From Malacoraja senta (taxonomy: Eukaryota): a stretch of DNA of 64,000 nt. The position numbers and the translations under genes are program-made. Positions within the stretch are counted from its first letter, which is position 1; every line of letters begins with the position of its first letter. This document shows positions 1 through 11,345 of this stretch, piece after piece. The stretch is from assembly GCA_038087875.1 (NCBI GenBank), contig CM075997.1, forward strand, positions 7,504,001-7,568,000. The letters run 5' to 3'. The notes below the pieces were generated by a model. It was given only the letters and a program-made list of their open reading frames with translations. It did not search any database and was not told the origin of the DNA.

Positions 1-33
1 TTATTTCCCAGAGTGGAACTGTCAAAGACTAAT

Positions 34-333
34 AGCCCTGTCCCTCGGTACGAGTTCATTCCAAGAGCTCTCCCAAGTTAAAAAAAATCAAACTCGTGGT
101 AAGCACGGAGAATGAACGTAGCGGGGACGTCGGAGCTCGGGGACATCTCTTAGCGGCTCGTAACGCTAACGGCAGGTAAGCTCGGGAAGACTTGTGAAGA
201 TTTTTCAACATGTTGAAAAATGTCCACGAGAGCCCCGAGTACCGACGAGCGGCCATTACCGTAAATCTCCGAGTGCGAATCAGGGCAAACTCGGGAGAGC
301 TCTTGGAATGAACTCGTACCATGGGACAGGGCT
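34..333. mobile_element. PIF/Harbinger-type MITE inserted in a CR1 fragment
   Basis: ~40-bp TIRs AGCCCTGTCCCTCGGTACGAGTTCATTCCAAGAGCTCTCCC / GGGAGAGCTCTTGGAATGAACTCGTACCATGGGACAGGGCT. Flanks are TAA/TTA-like. Internal palindrome TTTTTCAACATGTTGAAAAA. Confidence 0.8.
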
Positions 334-337
334 TTTA

Positions 338-590
338 GTGTTGAGGTGAGATGAGCAAAGTTTAAAGGCGATGTGAGGGGCAAGATTTTTACGGAGTGGT
401 GGGTGCCTGGAACGCGCTGCCAGGGGTGAAGGTGGAGGCAGATACGATAGTGGTGCTAAAGAGGCTTTTAGTTGGTCACATGAATATGCAGGGAATAGAG
501 GGATGTGGATCACATGCAGGCAGAGGAGAGGAACTTGGCATCATGTTCGGCACGGGCATTGTGGTGAGACGGACATGTTCTATGTTCTAT
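338..590 (+). mobile_element. CR1 (HER1-like) LINE 3' fragment
   Basis: Typical CR1 3' coding end (VVGAWNALPG...) and 3' UTR; continues the sequence at 1-30 across the MITE. Confidence 0.7.
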
Positions 591-708
591 TTATGGGTTC
601 AATGTTGTGAATGCTCTTCTCATTCCATCTTGAAGTCCGACACTGCTCAGAGTGAGTATATTTTAACAGTTCCCCCATTCCTGTTGCCCAAGGCCTTGTG
701 ACTAACTG

Positions 709-744
709 AGGTCTGAAGAAGGGTCTCGACCCGAAACGTCACCC
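709..744 (+). ncRNA. minimal type I hammerhead ribozyme motif (Penelope-associated)
   Basis: GGT-CTGAAGA-A-GGGTC-TC-GACCC-GAAAC-GTC-ACC: CUGANGA box, stem II, GAAA box, GUC cleavage triplet and a short stem I (GGT/ACC). Confidence 0.65.
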
Positions 745-830
745 ATTCACTCTCTCCAGAGATGCTGCCTGTCCTGCTGAGTTACTCCAGCTTTTTGTGC
801 CTCTCCAGTTTAAACCAGCATCTGCAGTTC
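709..830 (+). mobile_element. Penelope-like element 3' UTR/pLTR fragment
   Basis: CTGAAGAAGGGTCTCGACCCGAAACGTCACCC...GATGCTGCCTGTCCTGCTGAGTTACTCCAGC. The same motif follows the Penelope GIY-YIG C-terminus at 5981-6435. Confidence 0.75.
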
Positions 831-839
831 CCAGGAGGA

Positions 840-1093
840 GGAGAGTCGGGGGGTGCGGGGGTGGACGGGACTGGAGGTAGGAAAAGGCCAGAATAAATCA
901 GTACCAGCAACAGATGACAAGGAAGGCAGGAGCCCACAATGGTTCATTGTTGGCTGGTGAAGAGGTAATAATAAATGGGGAAGAGGTATGAACAGTGGAA
1001 ACTAGTAGGCCGACTAGGGTGGGGGAGGGGAGGGGGAGAGAGGGAATGCAGGGGTTACTTGAAATTAGAGAAATCAACGTTCAGACCGCTGGG
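840..1093 (-). mobile_element. Penelope-like element fragment
   Basis: The reverse complement matches the end of the GIY-YIG ORF (..PSGLNVDFSNFK*) and the 3' UTR seen at 6085-6250. It is interrupted by the 1094-1685 insertions. Confidence 0.65.
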
Positions 1094-1292
1094 AGGAACA
1101 ATAGAGGACCCGCCCTGGGGGGACCGCCGAGAGGGAGGGGAGGGGGGTGGGAGAACAAAGGGGGACCTGGCGCAGGGGGAACTTTGTAACTTCATCGGCG
1201 CCCTTTATGTGGCGACTATTTGCATACCTTGGTGCAAGGAATTTCACTGTGGCTTGCCACGTGTAACTATAAAGTATCCATTCATTCATTCA

Positions 1293-1662
1293 TACCTCAA
1301 AAAGGCAGCCAAAATCATCAAGGACCCACACCATCCTGGCCACACACTTATCTCACCACTGCCATCAGGAAGACGGTACAGGAGCCTGAAGACTGTAACG
1401 TCCAGGTTCAGGAACAGCTCCTTCCCCACAGCCATCAGGCTATTAAACACAATGAATAAGCTCTGAGCTCTGAACTACAAAAGACTATATTATAATTGTT
1501 ATTTGCACTATATTTGTTATTTATTGAATTTTTTATTTTTTTCCCCCATTATATACAATGTTTACATATTCACATATTCTGTTGTGCTGCAGCAAGTAAG
1601 AATTTCATTGACCCGTCCGGGACATATGACAATAAAACTCTCTTGACTCTTGACTCTTGACT
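1293..1662 (+). mobile_element. Rex1/Babar LINE 3' fragment, nested in the (TCAT)n tail of another short retroposon (about 1100-1292)
   Basis: LKKAAKIIKDPHHPGHTLISPLPSGRRYRSLKTVTSRFRNSSFPTAIRLLN, AATAAA and a (TCTTGAC)3 tail. CATT repeats lie on both sides. Confidence 0.8.
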
Positions 1663-1841
1663 CATTCATTCATTCATTATTTCATGGGTTGTAAGTGTTG
1701 ATTTCTCTCATGTCAAGTAACCCCTGCATTCCCTCTCTCCCCTGTCCTCTTAGCTCCAATGAAACGGATGCAGAACAGGTCTCCCAAGGCTGAGGGTGGC
1801 ACTGTACCCCAGTGGATGGAATGGGAAGGGTTTATCGGCTA

Positions 1842-1962
1842 ATTTCGTTTAGTTCAGTTTACTTTAGAGATACAGCGCGGAAACAGGCCCTTTCGGCCCA
1901 CCGGGTCCGCGCCGACCAGCGATCCCCGCACACTAACACTATCCTAAACCCACTAGGGACAA
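1842..1962 (-). mobile_element. HE1-like SINE 3' fragment
   Basis: Reverse complement of the SINE tail at 5300-5408 (GGGCCGAAAGGGCCTGTTTCCGCGCTGTATCTCTAAA). Confidence 0.75.
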
Positions 1963-4900
1963 ATGTCATTAGATTATTTCAAATTACAAAACAGGAACAT
2001 TTTGAATTTGGTGATAAACCACACAAACTTTTGGCTCGACAACTGAAAAAACGGGAAAAGGATCACACGATTTTACAGATTCAATCAGATAAAGGGGAAT
2101 TGTTAACACTACCTAAGGATATTAATAAAAGATTCGCTCAATTTTATCAAAACTTATATACATCTAAAGCGTTAGCAGATAGTACCAAAGTTATAGAGTT
2201 CCTGGCTAATTGTAATCTCCCAAAACTCAATTTGATCGAACAAGAGGAACTAGGTGCACAAATCTCAACTAAGGAAATAGAAGAAACAATAAATACATTA
2301 AAGAATGGAAAAACACCAGCACCAGATGGTTTTAGTAATGAATTTTATAAAAGATTTTACGAGATAATTACACCATGACTACATAAAATGTATACATATG
2401 CTTTTAAAGAACATACACTTCCAGAAACATTAGCGGAATCAACGATTACACTTATACCTAAAAAAGGTAAAGATTTAGAAGATCCGGGTTCTTATAGACC
2501 TATTGCGCTGTTAAATACAGATCAAAAAATATTAGCGAAAACATTAGCTGGAAGATTAAGTAACTATGTTAGTAAATTAATAAATCCGGATCAGACAGGG
2601 TTTATACCCAAGAGATATTGATGCAATAACCTGAGACGTCTGTTTAATATAATGCACTCACATAAAACCGAAGAACAAGACTTATCAATTATTTCACTGG
2701 ACGCAGAAAAAGCATTTGATCAAGTGGAATGGGATTACCTTGTCAAAGTATTGCAAAAATTTCAAATGGGAGAGAATTTTATCGCTTGGGTAAAATTATT
2801 ATATGATAGGCCTACTGCCAGAATATTAACTAATAATATTTTGTTCCCGAAATTTCAATTATCAAGGGGAAATAGACAGGGATGTTCATTATCACCTCTG
2901 CTATTTGCTCTTGTAATAGAACCGTTAGTGGAAAGTATTAGAGTACATCCGAATACAAAATACTCAAATAATAAGATATCATTATACGCAGATGATGTAC
3001 TACTATATATCACAAAATCACAAATTAGTATACCAAATATATTAAATTTAATAGAGGAATTTGGATCCTTTTCAGGATATAGAATAAATTGGAATAAAAG
3101 TGAAATTATGACGATTAAACCTCAAGACCCAACACACCTGTTAAAATTCCCTTTTAAAATCGCTTCAGAAAAATTTAAATATTTGGGAATTGAAATTACT
3201 AGAAAATATAAATCTTTATTTAATGCAAACTATATGCCCTTACTCAATAAATTAAACATACTGATTAAATTCTGGAAAACTCTTCCGATGTCTCTTATAG
3301 GCCGAATAAATACTATAAAAATGATCTTTTTACCACAAATTTTATATCTATTCCAGTCATATATTTACCAATTTTTTTTTTTTAAATTGGATGCTGATAT
3401 TACAAACTTTATATGGGACTATAAATCCCACAGAATCCAAAGAAAACATTTCTGTAAACCTAAAGAATCTGGCGGATTATCATTCCCTAATTTTTTATAT
3501 TATTACTGGGCCACAAATGTCAAAAATATGATTCACCTGTTGGACAATTCGGCCCAGCAGGTGGATTGGATAGTAATGGAGGGAGAGGATTGTTCCCCTT
3601 TTAACATAGGAGCGATCCTTCTCTCACCAACAAAAATGAAGAATACAATATACAGTAAAAATCCAATTATTCACAGTACAATTAGAATTTGGAAACAAAT
3701 AAAATTAACTTTAAAATTAAGAAAGCTATCACTTCCCTCACCTATAATGAAGAACCCTTCGTTTAAACCTTCTATGATAGATAAATCTTTCATAAATTGG
3801 GATAGAGTAGGAATTAAAACGTTTGGAGATATGTATGATAATGGAAGTTTTTTTAACATTTCACCAACTACAACTTAAATACAACTTGAGTAGTAATCAA
3901 TATTTTAAATACTTTCAAATACGTGACTATTTGAAAAAATATGCACGAGAATATCAAAATATGTCTCCTGACCTATTAGATGGGATAATGAATATAAAAG
4001 CGGAATCAGCTAATTTAATATCATACCTGTATAATTCCATTTCAAACATAGAAATTCCATCATCTGATGGGATTAGAAGTGAATGGGAACAGGAACTAGC
4101 TATAAAAATCTCGAAAGAGAGTTGGGATAAACACCTGTTATATGTGCATAAATGCTCGATTAACGTAAGACACACTCAAATTCAATTTAAAATTTTACAT
4201 AGATTATACTATTCGAAAGTTAAATTAAGTAAATTTTACCCAAATTCCTCTTCTATCTGTGATAAATGCCTAACCCAAGAAGCAACTACAGCACATTCTT
4301 TTGTTTTTTGTATAAAAATCCAAAAATGTTAGAATGAAATTTTTGAAATTTTCACTAAATTATTTAAAATAAAGCTGAAACCGAATGCAGAACTGATTAT
4401 TTTTGGAACAATAGAAGCAAGTTTGGAGCTGACTTCGTTTCAAAGGAGTTTCCTTAATTATGGTTTAATAACGGCAAAAAAACGTATACTGAAATTTTGG
4501 AAAAATGCTCCTACGCCAATGACAAAAATGTCGGAATTGTTACACCTAGAAGATATGAGATTCCTCTTAGCAGGTAAACAAGGCCAATTCCAAAAGATTT
4601 GGTCTCCATTTATCGACTTATTACAAACATAGGGTGCAACAAAATGTTGATAATAAATGTTTTCAGGACCTTGCGAGGGGTGAGTAAAGATATGAAGTAG
4701 GGACATCCCTTTCATATTGTCCTACCTTATCTTATGTTTTCTTTTTTCTTTTTCCTCCTTTTGTTTTTTCTCTTTTTCTTTCTTTTTTTTTCTCTCTAAC
4801 TATTTCTTGTGGTTTAGGTCCATATGGGTGTTCCTGGACCACTCTTTCAATCACTCACTTACTATCTTTACTAACTCTTTCTATCCTTTTCTCTTTATTA

Positions 4901-4999
4901 AAGTTTAAAATAAGAAGTGGTACAAGAAAAGTATCAACATACGTTATTGCAGATTATTGTAATGTACAATACTTCTAATAGAATAAAAAATACAATAAA
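1963..4999 (+). mobile_element. L1-clade LINE, 5'-truncated, ORF2 disrupted
   Basis: Successive ORFs contain YRPIALLNTD, SLDAEKAFD, GNRQGCSLSPLLF, YADD and the C-terminal CDKC..H..C zinc knuckle. T-rich 3' UTR and A-rich tail; several stops and frameshifts. Confidence 0.93.
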
Positions 5000-5097
5000 G
5001 TATTAACTTGTGTTGGCATAAACTGTTCAGAGCACTTCAAGGCTCTTTACAGGAATGTCATCAAATTAAGTTATCAAGTTAACCAATACTTTGGTGG

Positions 5098-5408
5098 GGT
5101 ATGGTGGTGCAGCGTTAGAATTGCTGCCTTACAGCACCAGAGACTTGAGGTCGATCCCGACTACAGGTGGTGTCTGTACGGAGTTGGCACGTTCTCCCTG
5201 TGACCACGTGGGTTTTCTCTGGGTGCTCTGGTTTCCTCCCACACTCCAAAAACGTACAGTTTTACAGGCTAATTGGCTTAGGTAGAAAATTGTGAATTGT
5301 CCCATGTGTGTAGGATAGTGAAAATGTAAAGGGATCGCTGGTCGGCGCGGACTCGATGGGCCGAAGGGCCTGTTTCCGCGCGGTATCTCTAAACTTAACT
5401 AAACTACT
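5098..5408 (+). mobile_element. HE1/V-SINE-like tRNA-derived SINE, near full length
   Basis: A box (TGGTGCAGCGTT), B box (GGTCGATCCC), central V-domain-like segment (GGGTGCTCTGGTTTCCTCCCACACTCCAAA), CR1-derived tail with AAACT repeats. Confidence 0.8.
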
Positions 5409-5454
5409 AGAGATCTTGGAGGGTTGCAGCACTGGTGGGGGGAGCGTACGTGAG

Positions 5455-5668
5455 AGGGGGCCTCATTGAAACGTACAGTATAGTGAAAGGTCCCGGATAG
5501 AGTGGATGTGGAGAGGATGTTTCCACTAGTGGGAGAGTCTAAGACCAGAGGTCATAGCCTCAGAATTAAGGGACGCACTGTTAGGAAGGGGTTGGGGAGG
5601 AATTTCTTTAGTCAGAGGGTGGTGAATCTGTGGAATCCATTGCCATGGATGGCTGTGGAGGCCAAGTC
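5455..5668 (+). mobile_element. CR1 LINE fragment
   Basis: LIETY..VKG.DRVDVERMFPLVGESKTRGHSLRI..FFSQRVVNLWN, the CR1 ORF2 C-terminus. Confidence 0.75.
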
Positions 5669-5821
5669 TTGATCACTTGAAGATTCTGAGCAAAGGGAAG
5701 AAAATGTTAAAATCCTACTCTAGAAGTCAGCGGGTTTGGTGAATGGAAGGCCCTTGAGTGAAAATGACTTTGTGTAAATAAGGGATGTAAATTTTCTTGG
5801 ACAGGTTTAAGTATATTTGGA

Positions 5822-6435
5822 AGATAGACACAAAATGCTGGAGTAACTCAGCGGGACAGGCAGCATCTCTGGAGAGACCCTTCCTCAGATAGAAGAAGCG
5901 TCTCGACCCGAACTGTCACCCATTCCTTCTCTCCAGAGATGCTGCCTGTCCCGCTGAGTTACTCCAGCATAATGTGTCTATCCCACACTGACCTTTCTGT
6001 CCAAGGCCTCCTCCCTTGTCAGAGTGAGGCCAAAAGCAAATTGGAGGAACAGTATCTCATATTTCGCTTGGGCAGCTTACAACCCAGTGGTATGAATTTT
6101 GATTTCTCTAACTTCAAGTAACCTCTGCATCCCCTCTCTCTCCATCCCTCCCCCACCCAAGTCATACCAGCTTCAAAGTCATCTTGTTGAGTCTCATTGT
6201 CTGTAACTCGTTCTCACCTAACACACAGCTAACAATGGCCTGTTTCCTTTATCATCGTTACTTTTTTGCATATCTTTCATTCATTTGTTCAACATCACCG
6301 TCTATATCTCCCATTTCCCTTTCCCCTGACTCTCAGTCTGGGGAAGGGTCTCGGCCCAAAATGTCACCCATTCCTTCTCCCCAGAGACGCTGCCTGTCCC
6401 GCTGAGTTACTCCAGCATTTTGTGTCTATCTTCGG
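5822..6435 (+). mobile_element. Penelope-like element 3' part with an inverted pLTR copy at its 5' end
   Basis: SHTDLSVQGLLPCQSEAKSKLEEQYLIFRLGSLQPSGMNFDFSNFK (GIY-YIG C-terminus). 5822-5875 is inverted relative to 5929-5981. Degenerate hammerhead motifs near 5890 and 6338. Confidence 0.8.
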
Positions 6436-6699
6436 TGGAGTGTAATATTGGATGGTGATAAGCAGAGTATTTGAATAGTCAAGCCTTAAGCATTTGTATG
6501 AATTTTTTAGAGGGGATAACGTTAATATTATGCAGCAATAGAATGGTATTTTCTCCCAGCTAACAATGATCTATTCTACATTTTCCTTGATCTACATCCC
6601 CTTGGTCTAATTTTCACGCCTTACCCTTCCTTATCTATGTATTTCCCTCTCCCCTTGATTCAGTCTGAAGAAGGGTCTCGACATGAGAAGATGTTTCAC

Positions 6700-6926
6700 A
6701 GCATTTGTCTGTGGAATTCTCTGTGGAATTTGTCTGTGGAGGCCGGTTCACTGGATGCTTTCAAGAGAGAGCTAGATAGGGCTCTTAAAGATAGCGGAGT
6801 CAGGGGATATGGGGAGAAGGCAGGAACGGGGTACTGATTGGGGATGATCAGCCATGATCACATTGAATGGCGGTGCTGGCTCGAAGGGCCGAATGGCCTA
6901 CTCCTGCATCTATTGTCTATTGTCTA
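6700..6926 (+). mobile_element. CR1 LINE 3' end
   Basis: LWNS..VEAGSLDAFKRELD followed by GGCTCGAAGGGCCGAATGGCCTACTCCTGC and a (CTATTGT)n tail. Confidence 0.8.
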
Positions 6927-7414
6927 TTTAACCCAAGTCACCATAACGAAACAGAAACTCGACTCACACCTCTTCCTCCTACCCAGAGATGCTGCCTGTC
7001 CCGCTGAGTTACTCCAGCATTTTGTGTCCCTTCGGTAAGAATCCTTCAGATTGATTTGGCTTGGCGGAGAAATACAATTACTGCTGATTAGAATTCTGAG
7101 GCACTCACTCTCAAATCTTCCCCTTATTTATTCCAGGCACTCTCTGAGCAGCCTGTACTGAGAATCCAATTTAGCTGACCTCGAATGCTTCGATGTAACT
7201 GTGAATTCGCAGCAAAACCGTTTAATTTAGTTTGCAACCGATCCACGTAGAATTTTCAAGCCTTCCATCCTCCTGGTATCAGATAATCAATAAACCACAA
7301 ACACAGCAAAGCAGATCTTTCTAAAATCTTTACTTTTGACAATACTTTAACTAATATATTGTAGGTTTCCATGGTGACAGCTGCAGTCACAGCTTTCCTC
7401 CTGCCTTTGTTTGG

Positions 7415-8095
7415 TCTAGAGATGCAGTACGGATACAGGCCCTTCCGCCCGCCGAGTCCGTGCTGACCACCGATCACCCATACACCAGCACTATCCTACA
7501 CACTCTGGGGACAGTTTTACATTTACACCAAGCCAATTAGCCTGCAAACCTGTACAGATACGTCTTTGAAGTGTGGGAAGAAACCAAAGATCTCGGAGAA
7601 AATCCGCACAGGTCACGGGGAGAACGTGCAAACTCCGTACAGACAGCACCCGTAGATCATAAGATCTTTGGTGATTGGAGCAGAATTAGGCCATTCGGCG
7701 TATCAAGTCTACTCCGCCATTCAATCATGGCTGATCTATCCCTCCATCCGAACCCCATTCTCCTGCCTTTTCCCCCCATAACCCCTGACACCCTCTGTAA
7801 GCGCTGTAAAGGGGTTGTCCCACTTGGGCGACCTAATCAGTAACTCAGCGGGACAGGCAGCATCTCTGGAGAGAAGGAATGGGTGAAGTTTTGGGTCAAG
7901 ACCCTTCTTCAGACTGGTTAGGGATAAGGGAAACGAGAGATATAGACGGTGATGTGTGGAGAGATATAGAACGAATGAATGAAAGATAGGCAAAGAATTA
8001 ACGATGATAAAGGAAACAGGCCATTGTTAGCACTTTGTTGGGTGAAAATGAGAAGCTGGTGCGACTTGGGTGGGGGAGGGATAGAGAGAGGGGAC
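7415..8095 (-). mobile_element. cluster of fragments: HE1-like SINE (7415-7652), CR1 tail (7655-7795), Harbinger TIR remnant (7808-7838), Penelope 3' UTR (7838-8095)
   Basis: Each segment matches a fuller copy elsewhere in the window, mostly as the reverse complement (5098-5408, 6780-6926, 46179-46210, 6120-6410). Confidence 0.65.
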
Positions 8096-8527
8096 GCAGA
8101 TATGGCCATGTGTGGACTTTGTTTCCAAACAGCAAATGTTCCTTTCACCTGATACACGCAGATGGATTGTGAGAGGTTACTGAGGTTACTGAGGAGCGGT
8201 GAGTTTGCTAATGTTGGCGTGATATTAGTAAGATGAAGTAGATTTACAGCAAATTGCAATTAGACAGAGAAATGTTGGTCTGTAATTAATCAACCCGTAT
8301 AAAAATTCCCAGCCATGCTAGGTTCTAAATTTAACACTAGTGATTAAGAACAAAGTGGTGTCTTTATACACACGGAGGGCTGGCACCAACATGTCACGGC
8401 ATCCACAAGCTTACCATAGTAACCTGACTTCCATTTCGAACTCTTATGCCTCACTAGAAACAGAAAGTGTTCCAGTTTTGTTTTAGCCCAGAGCAGAAAA
8501 GGTCCCTTGAGTTATTTGTCTACGTAG

Positions 8528-11120
8528 AGGGGAGAGACAGAGAGACTGGTACACCCAAAAAAGGTGGTGAAATTCAGCGGGTGCAGCAGCATCTATGGAG
8601 CGAAGGAAATAGGCAATGTTTGTGGCTGAAACCCATCTTCAGACGTGTTTTGTTATGAAACTTTGCCTATTTCCTTCGCTGAGTTTATCCTTCACCCGCT
8701 GAGTTTATCCTTCATTTTTTTGTTTACCTTGCGTTTGGGGGGGGGGCTGCAGCTGCGGCATCACACTCACACTAACCACCCCCCAAACACACAGGCGGGG
8801 GGAGTGGGGGAGAGGGAGACGGGGTTGGGGAGAGGAGGGGAGGGGGAGAGAAGGAGACGGGGTGGGGAGAGAAGAGGGGAGGGAGGGGAGGGAAGAGGGG
8901 GACGGAGGGGAGATGGGGAGGAGGAAAGGGGAGAGATTGGGGAGGGAGAGTAGATCAGGGTGGGTGAGAGGGAGGGTGAGGAGAGTTTGGAGTGGGAGGA
9001 GAGCGGGGAGGGCAGGAAGGGGGGAGAGGGGGGGAGGGGATGAGGGGAAGGGGAGAGGAGTAGGGGGAAGAGAGGGGGAGAGGGAGGGTGGAGGGAGAGA
9101 GGTGGGGAGGGAGAGGGGAAGAGTGGGGAGTGCAGACCAAGTGCAGACCCGTTGGGTCTGGACACCGAACGTGCGTTTGGGGCGGGGGGCTGTGACGTCA
9201 CACTAACCACCCGTTGGGTCTGTACCTCCAAAGCAGGGTTGCGGGGTGTGAATCTGGCACCCACAAACACACACACTCATCACACCCCTTGATATTATAT
9301 TAATATTTTAAAGACAGAGAGACTGTTGGCGGGCTGTTTTCCCAACGCGCGTTTGCGGGAAGGGGGGTGGGCTGCGGCATCACACTCACACTAACCACCC
9401 CCCAAACTCACACTAACCACCCCCAAACACACTCGGGGGGATGGGGGGAGGGGTGGGAGGAAGACGGGGTGGGGAGAGAAGAGGGGAGAGGGAGACGGGG
9501 TGGGGAGAGAAGAGGAGAGGTGGAGGGAGGGTGGAGAGGAAGGGGGAGAGAGGAGAGGGGTGAAGAGAGGAAAGAGAGGATGGGGAGAGAGGTGAAGGGG
9601 GTGGGGGTTGGAGCGGGCGTGCATGAGTCGAGTCGCGGGCTGTGAGGGAGAGAAGGGAGAGAGAGAAGGGAGAGAGTGAAAGGAGAGAGAGAAGTGGGAG
9701 AGAGAGAAGGGAGAGAGAGAGAGAGAAGGGAGGGAGAATGGACAGAGAGAGATAAGGGAGAGAGAGAAGGGAGAGAGAGAGGAGAGAGAGAAAGGTGAGG
9801 GGGAGAATGGGGAGAGAGGGAATGGGGAGAGAGAGAGAGAGAGACCAAGTGCAGACCCGTTGGGTCTGGACACCGAACGTGCGTTTGCGGGTGGGGGGGG
9901 GGGGTGCTGTGGCGTCACAAAGCACGGTTGCGGGGTGGGAATCTGGCACCCACAAACACACACACTCATCACAACCCTTTTAATTTGCTTCTTTTATCCC
10001 ATCTCCACCCTATCCATTGACGAATAGCCCTCAGCTCTCAGGTGCGTCTAGAGGGGGGGGGGGCAGAGAGAGAAAATTTAATGTTAGAATTAAAAAAATT
10101 TGAAGAGGGGGAGGAGGATGGTGGAGAGGAAGGAGGGAGAGGAAGGGGGAGAGAGGAAGGGGGGAGAGGAAGGGGGAGAGAGAGGAGGGTGTGGAGAGAG
10201 GAAGGAGAGGATGTGGGAGATAGGTGAAGGGGGGGGGGTTTGAGCGGGTATTCATGAGTTGAGCTGCGGGCTGTGAAGAGAGAAGGGCAGAGAGAGAGAG
10301 AGAGGGGAGAGACAGAGAGACTGGTACACCAAAAAAAGCTGGTGAAACTCAGCGGGTGCAGCAGCATCTATGGAGCGAAGGAAATAGGCAACGCTTTGGG
10401 TCGAAGCCCATCCTCAGACTGGTTTTCTACCGAAACGTAGCCTATTTCCTTCGATCCATAGATGCTGCTGCACCCGCTGATGATATACAGGATTTTTTGT
10501 GTACCTTCGATTTTCCAGCATCTGCAGTTCCGTCTTAAAGACAGAGAGACTGTTGGCGGGCTGTTTTCCCAACGCGCGTTTGCGGGAGGGGGGGGGGGGC
10601 TTCGGCATCACACTCACACTAACCACCCCCCAAACTCACACTAACCACACCGAAACCCACTCGGGGGGAGGGGGGAGAGAAGAGGGGAGAGGGAGACGGG
10701 GTGGGGAGAGAAGAGGACAGGGGGAGGGAGGGGAGAGGGGGAGGAGGAAAGGGGAGAGATTGGGGAGGGAGAGGAGATCAGGGTGGGTGAGAGGGAGGGG
10801 CAGGAGAGTTTGGAGTGGGAGGAGAGCGGGGAGGGCAGGAAGGGAGGAAGCGGGGAGAGGGGGGGAGGGGATGAGGGGAAGGGGAGAGGAGAAGGGGGAA
10901 GAGAGGGAGAGAGGGAGGGGGAGGGAGAGAGGTGGGAACAGTGGGGAGTGAGGGGCAGAGGGGTAGCAGGGAGTGGTGCAAGAGAGAGGTGAAGGGGGTG
11001 GGTGGGAGATGGGGGTGAATAGGGGTGGTGAAGGGGGAAGGGAGGGGGTGGGAGGGGAGGGAGGGGGAGAGGAGAGAGGGGGAAGAGTGGGGAGGGAGAG
11101 TTGAAGTAGGAGGGGCAGGG
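8528..11120. repeat. complex tandem-duplicated, purine-rich region containing Penelope-derived hairpins and Helitron-3'-like hairpins
   Basis: 8528-9130 recurs at 10304-10940. The unit GCGTTTG...CGGCATCACACTCACACTAACCACC occurs near 8730, 9350 and 10575. AGACCAAGTGCAGACCCGTTGGGTCTG occurs at 9134 and 9842. Long G/A tracts between them. Confidence 0.75.
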
Positions 11121-11149
11121 ACAGTCCATCTGTTTCCCATTCCCTATCA

Positions 11150-11341
11150 CCCCCAATCCTCTTTCTCTATTGCCACACACGTGACGACGCCCTTCGACAC
11201 AGGCTGCGGGGGTGGGGGGGGGGCTGGGTCTGGGGCTGCTGCAAAGGCATATGTAAATTGGTCCATTTCGATTGGCCTTCTTGGACGTACAGACGTACAG
11301 ACGTACAGACGGACGACAGCCAGAGAGTTTTATATAATAGA
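11150..11341 (-). mobile_element. putative non-autonomous Helitron 5' end
   Basis: The minus strand begins A|TCTATTATATAAAACTC followed by (GTCTGTAC)n microrepeats, which resembles Helitron 5' termini. The left boundary is uncertain. Confidence 0.45.
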
Positions 11342-11345
11342 TAGA

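Noticed and set aside
5098..5175. tRNA gene
   Set aside because: It is the tRNA-derived head of a SINE; no complete cloverleaf.
9134..9160. Bona fide Helitron 3' terminus (hairpin CAGACCCAACGGGTCTG)
   Set aside because: The hairpin is present at 9134 and 9842, but the terminal CTAG is missing in both copies, so an end cannot be called.
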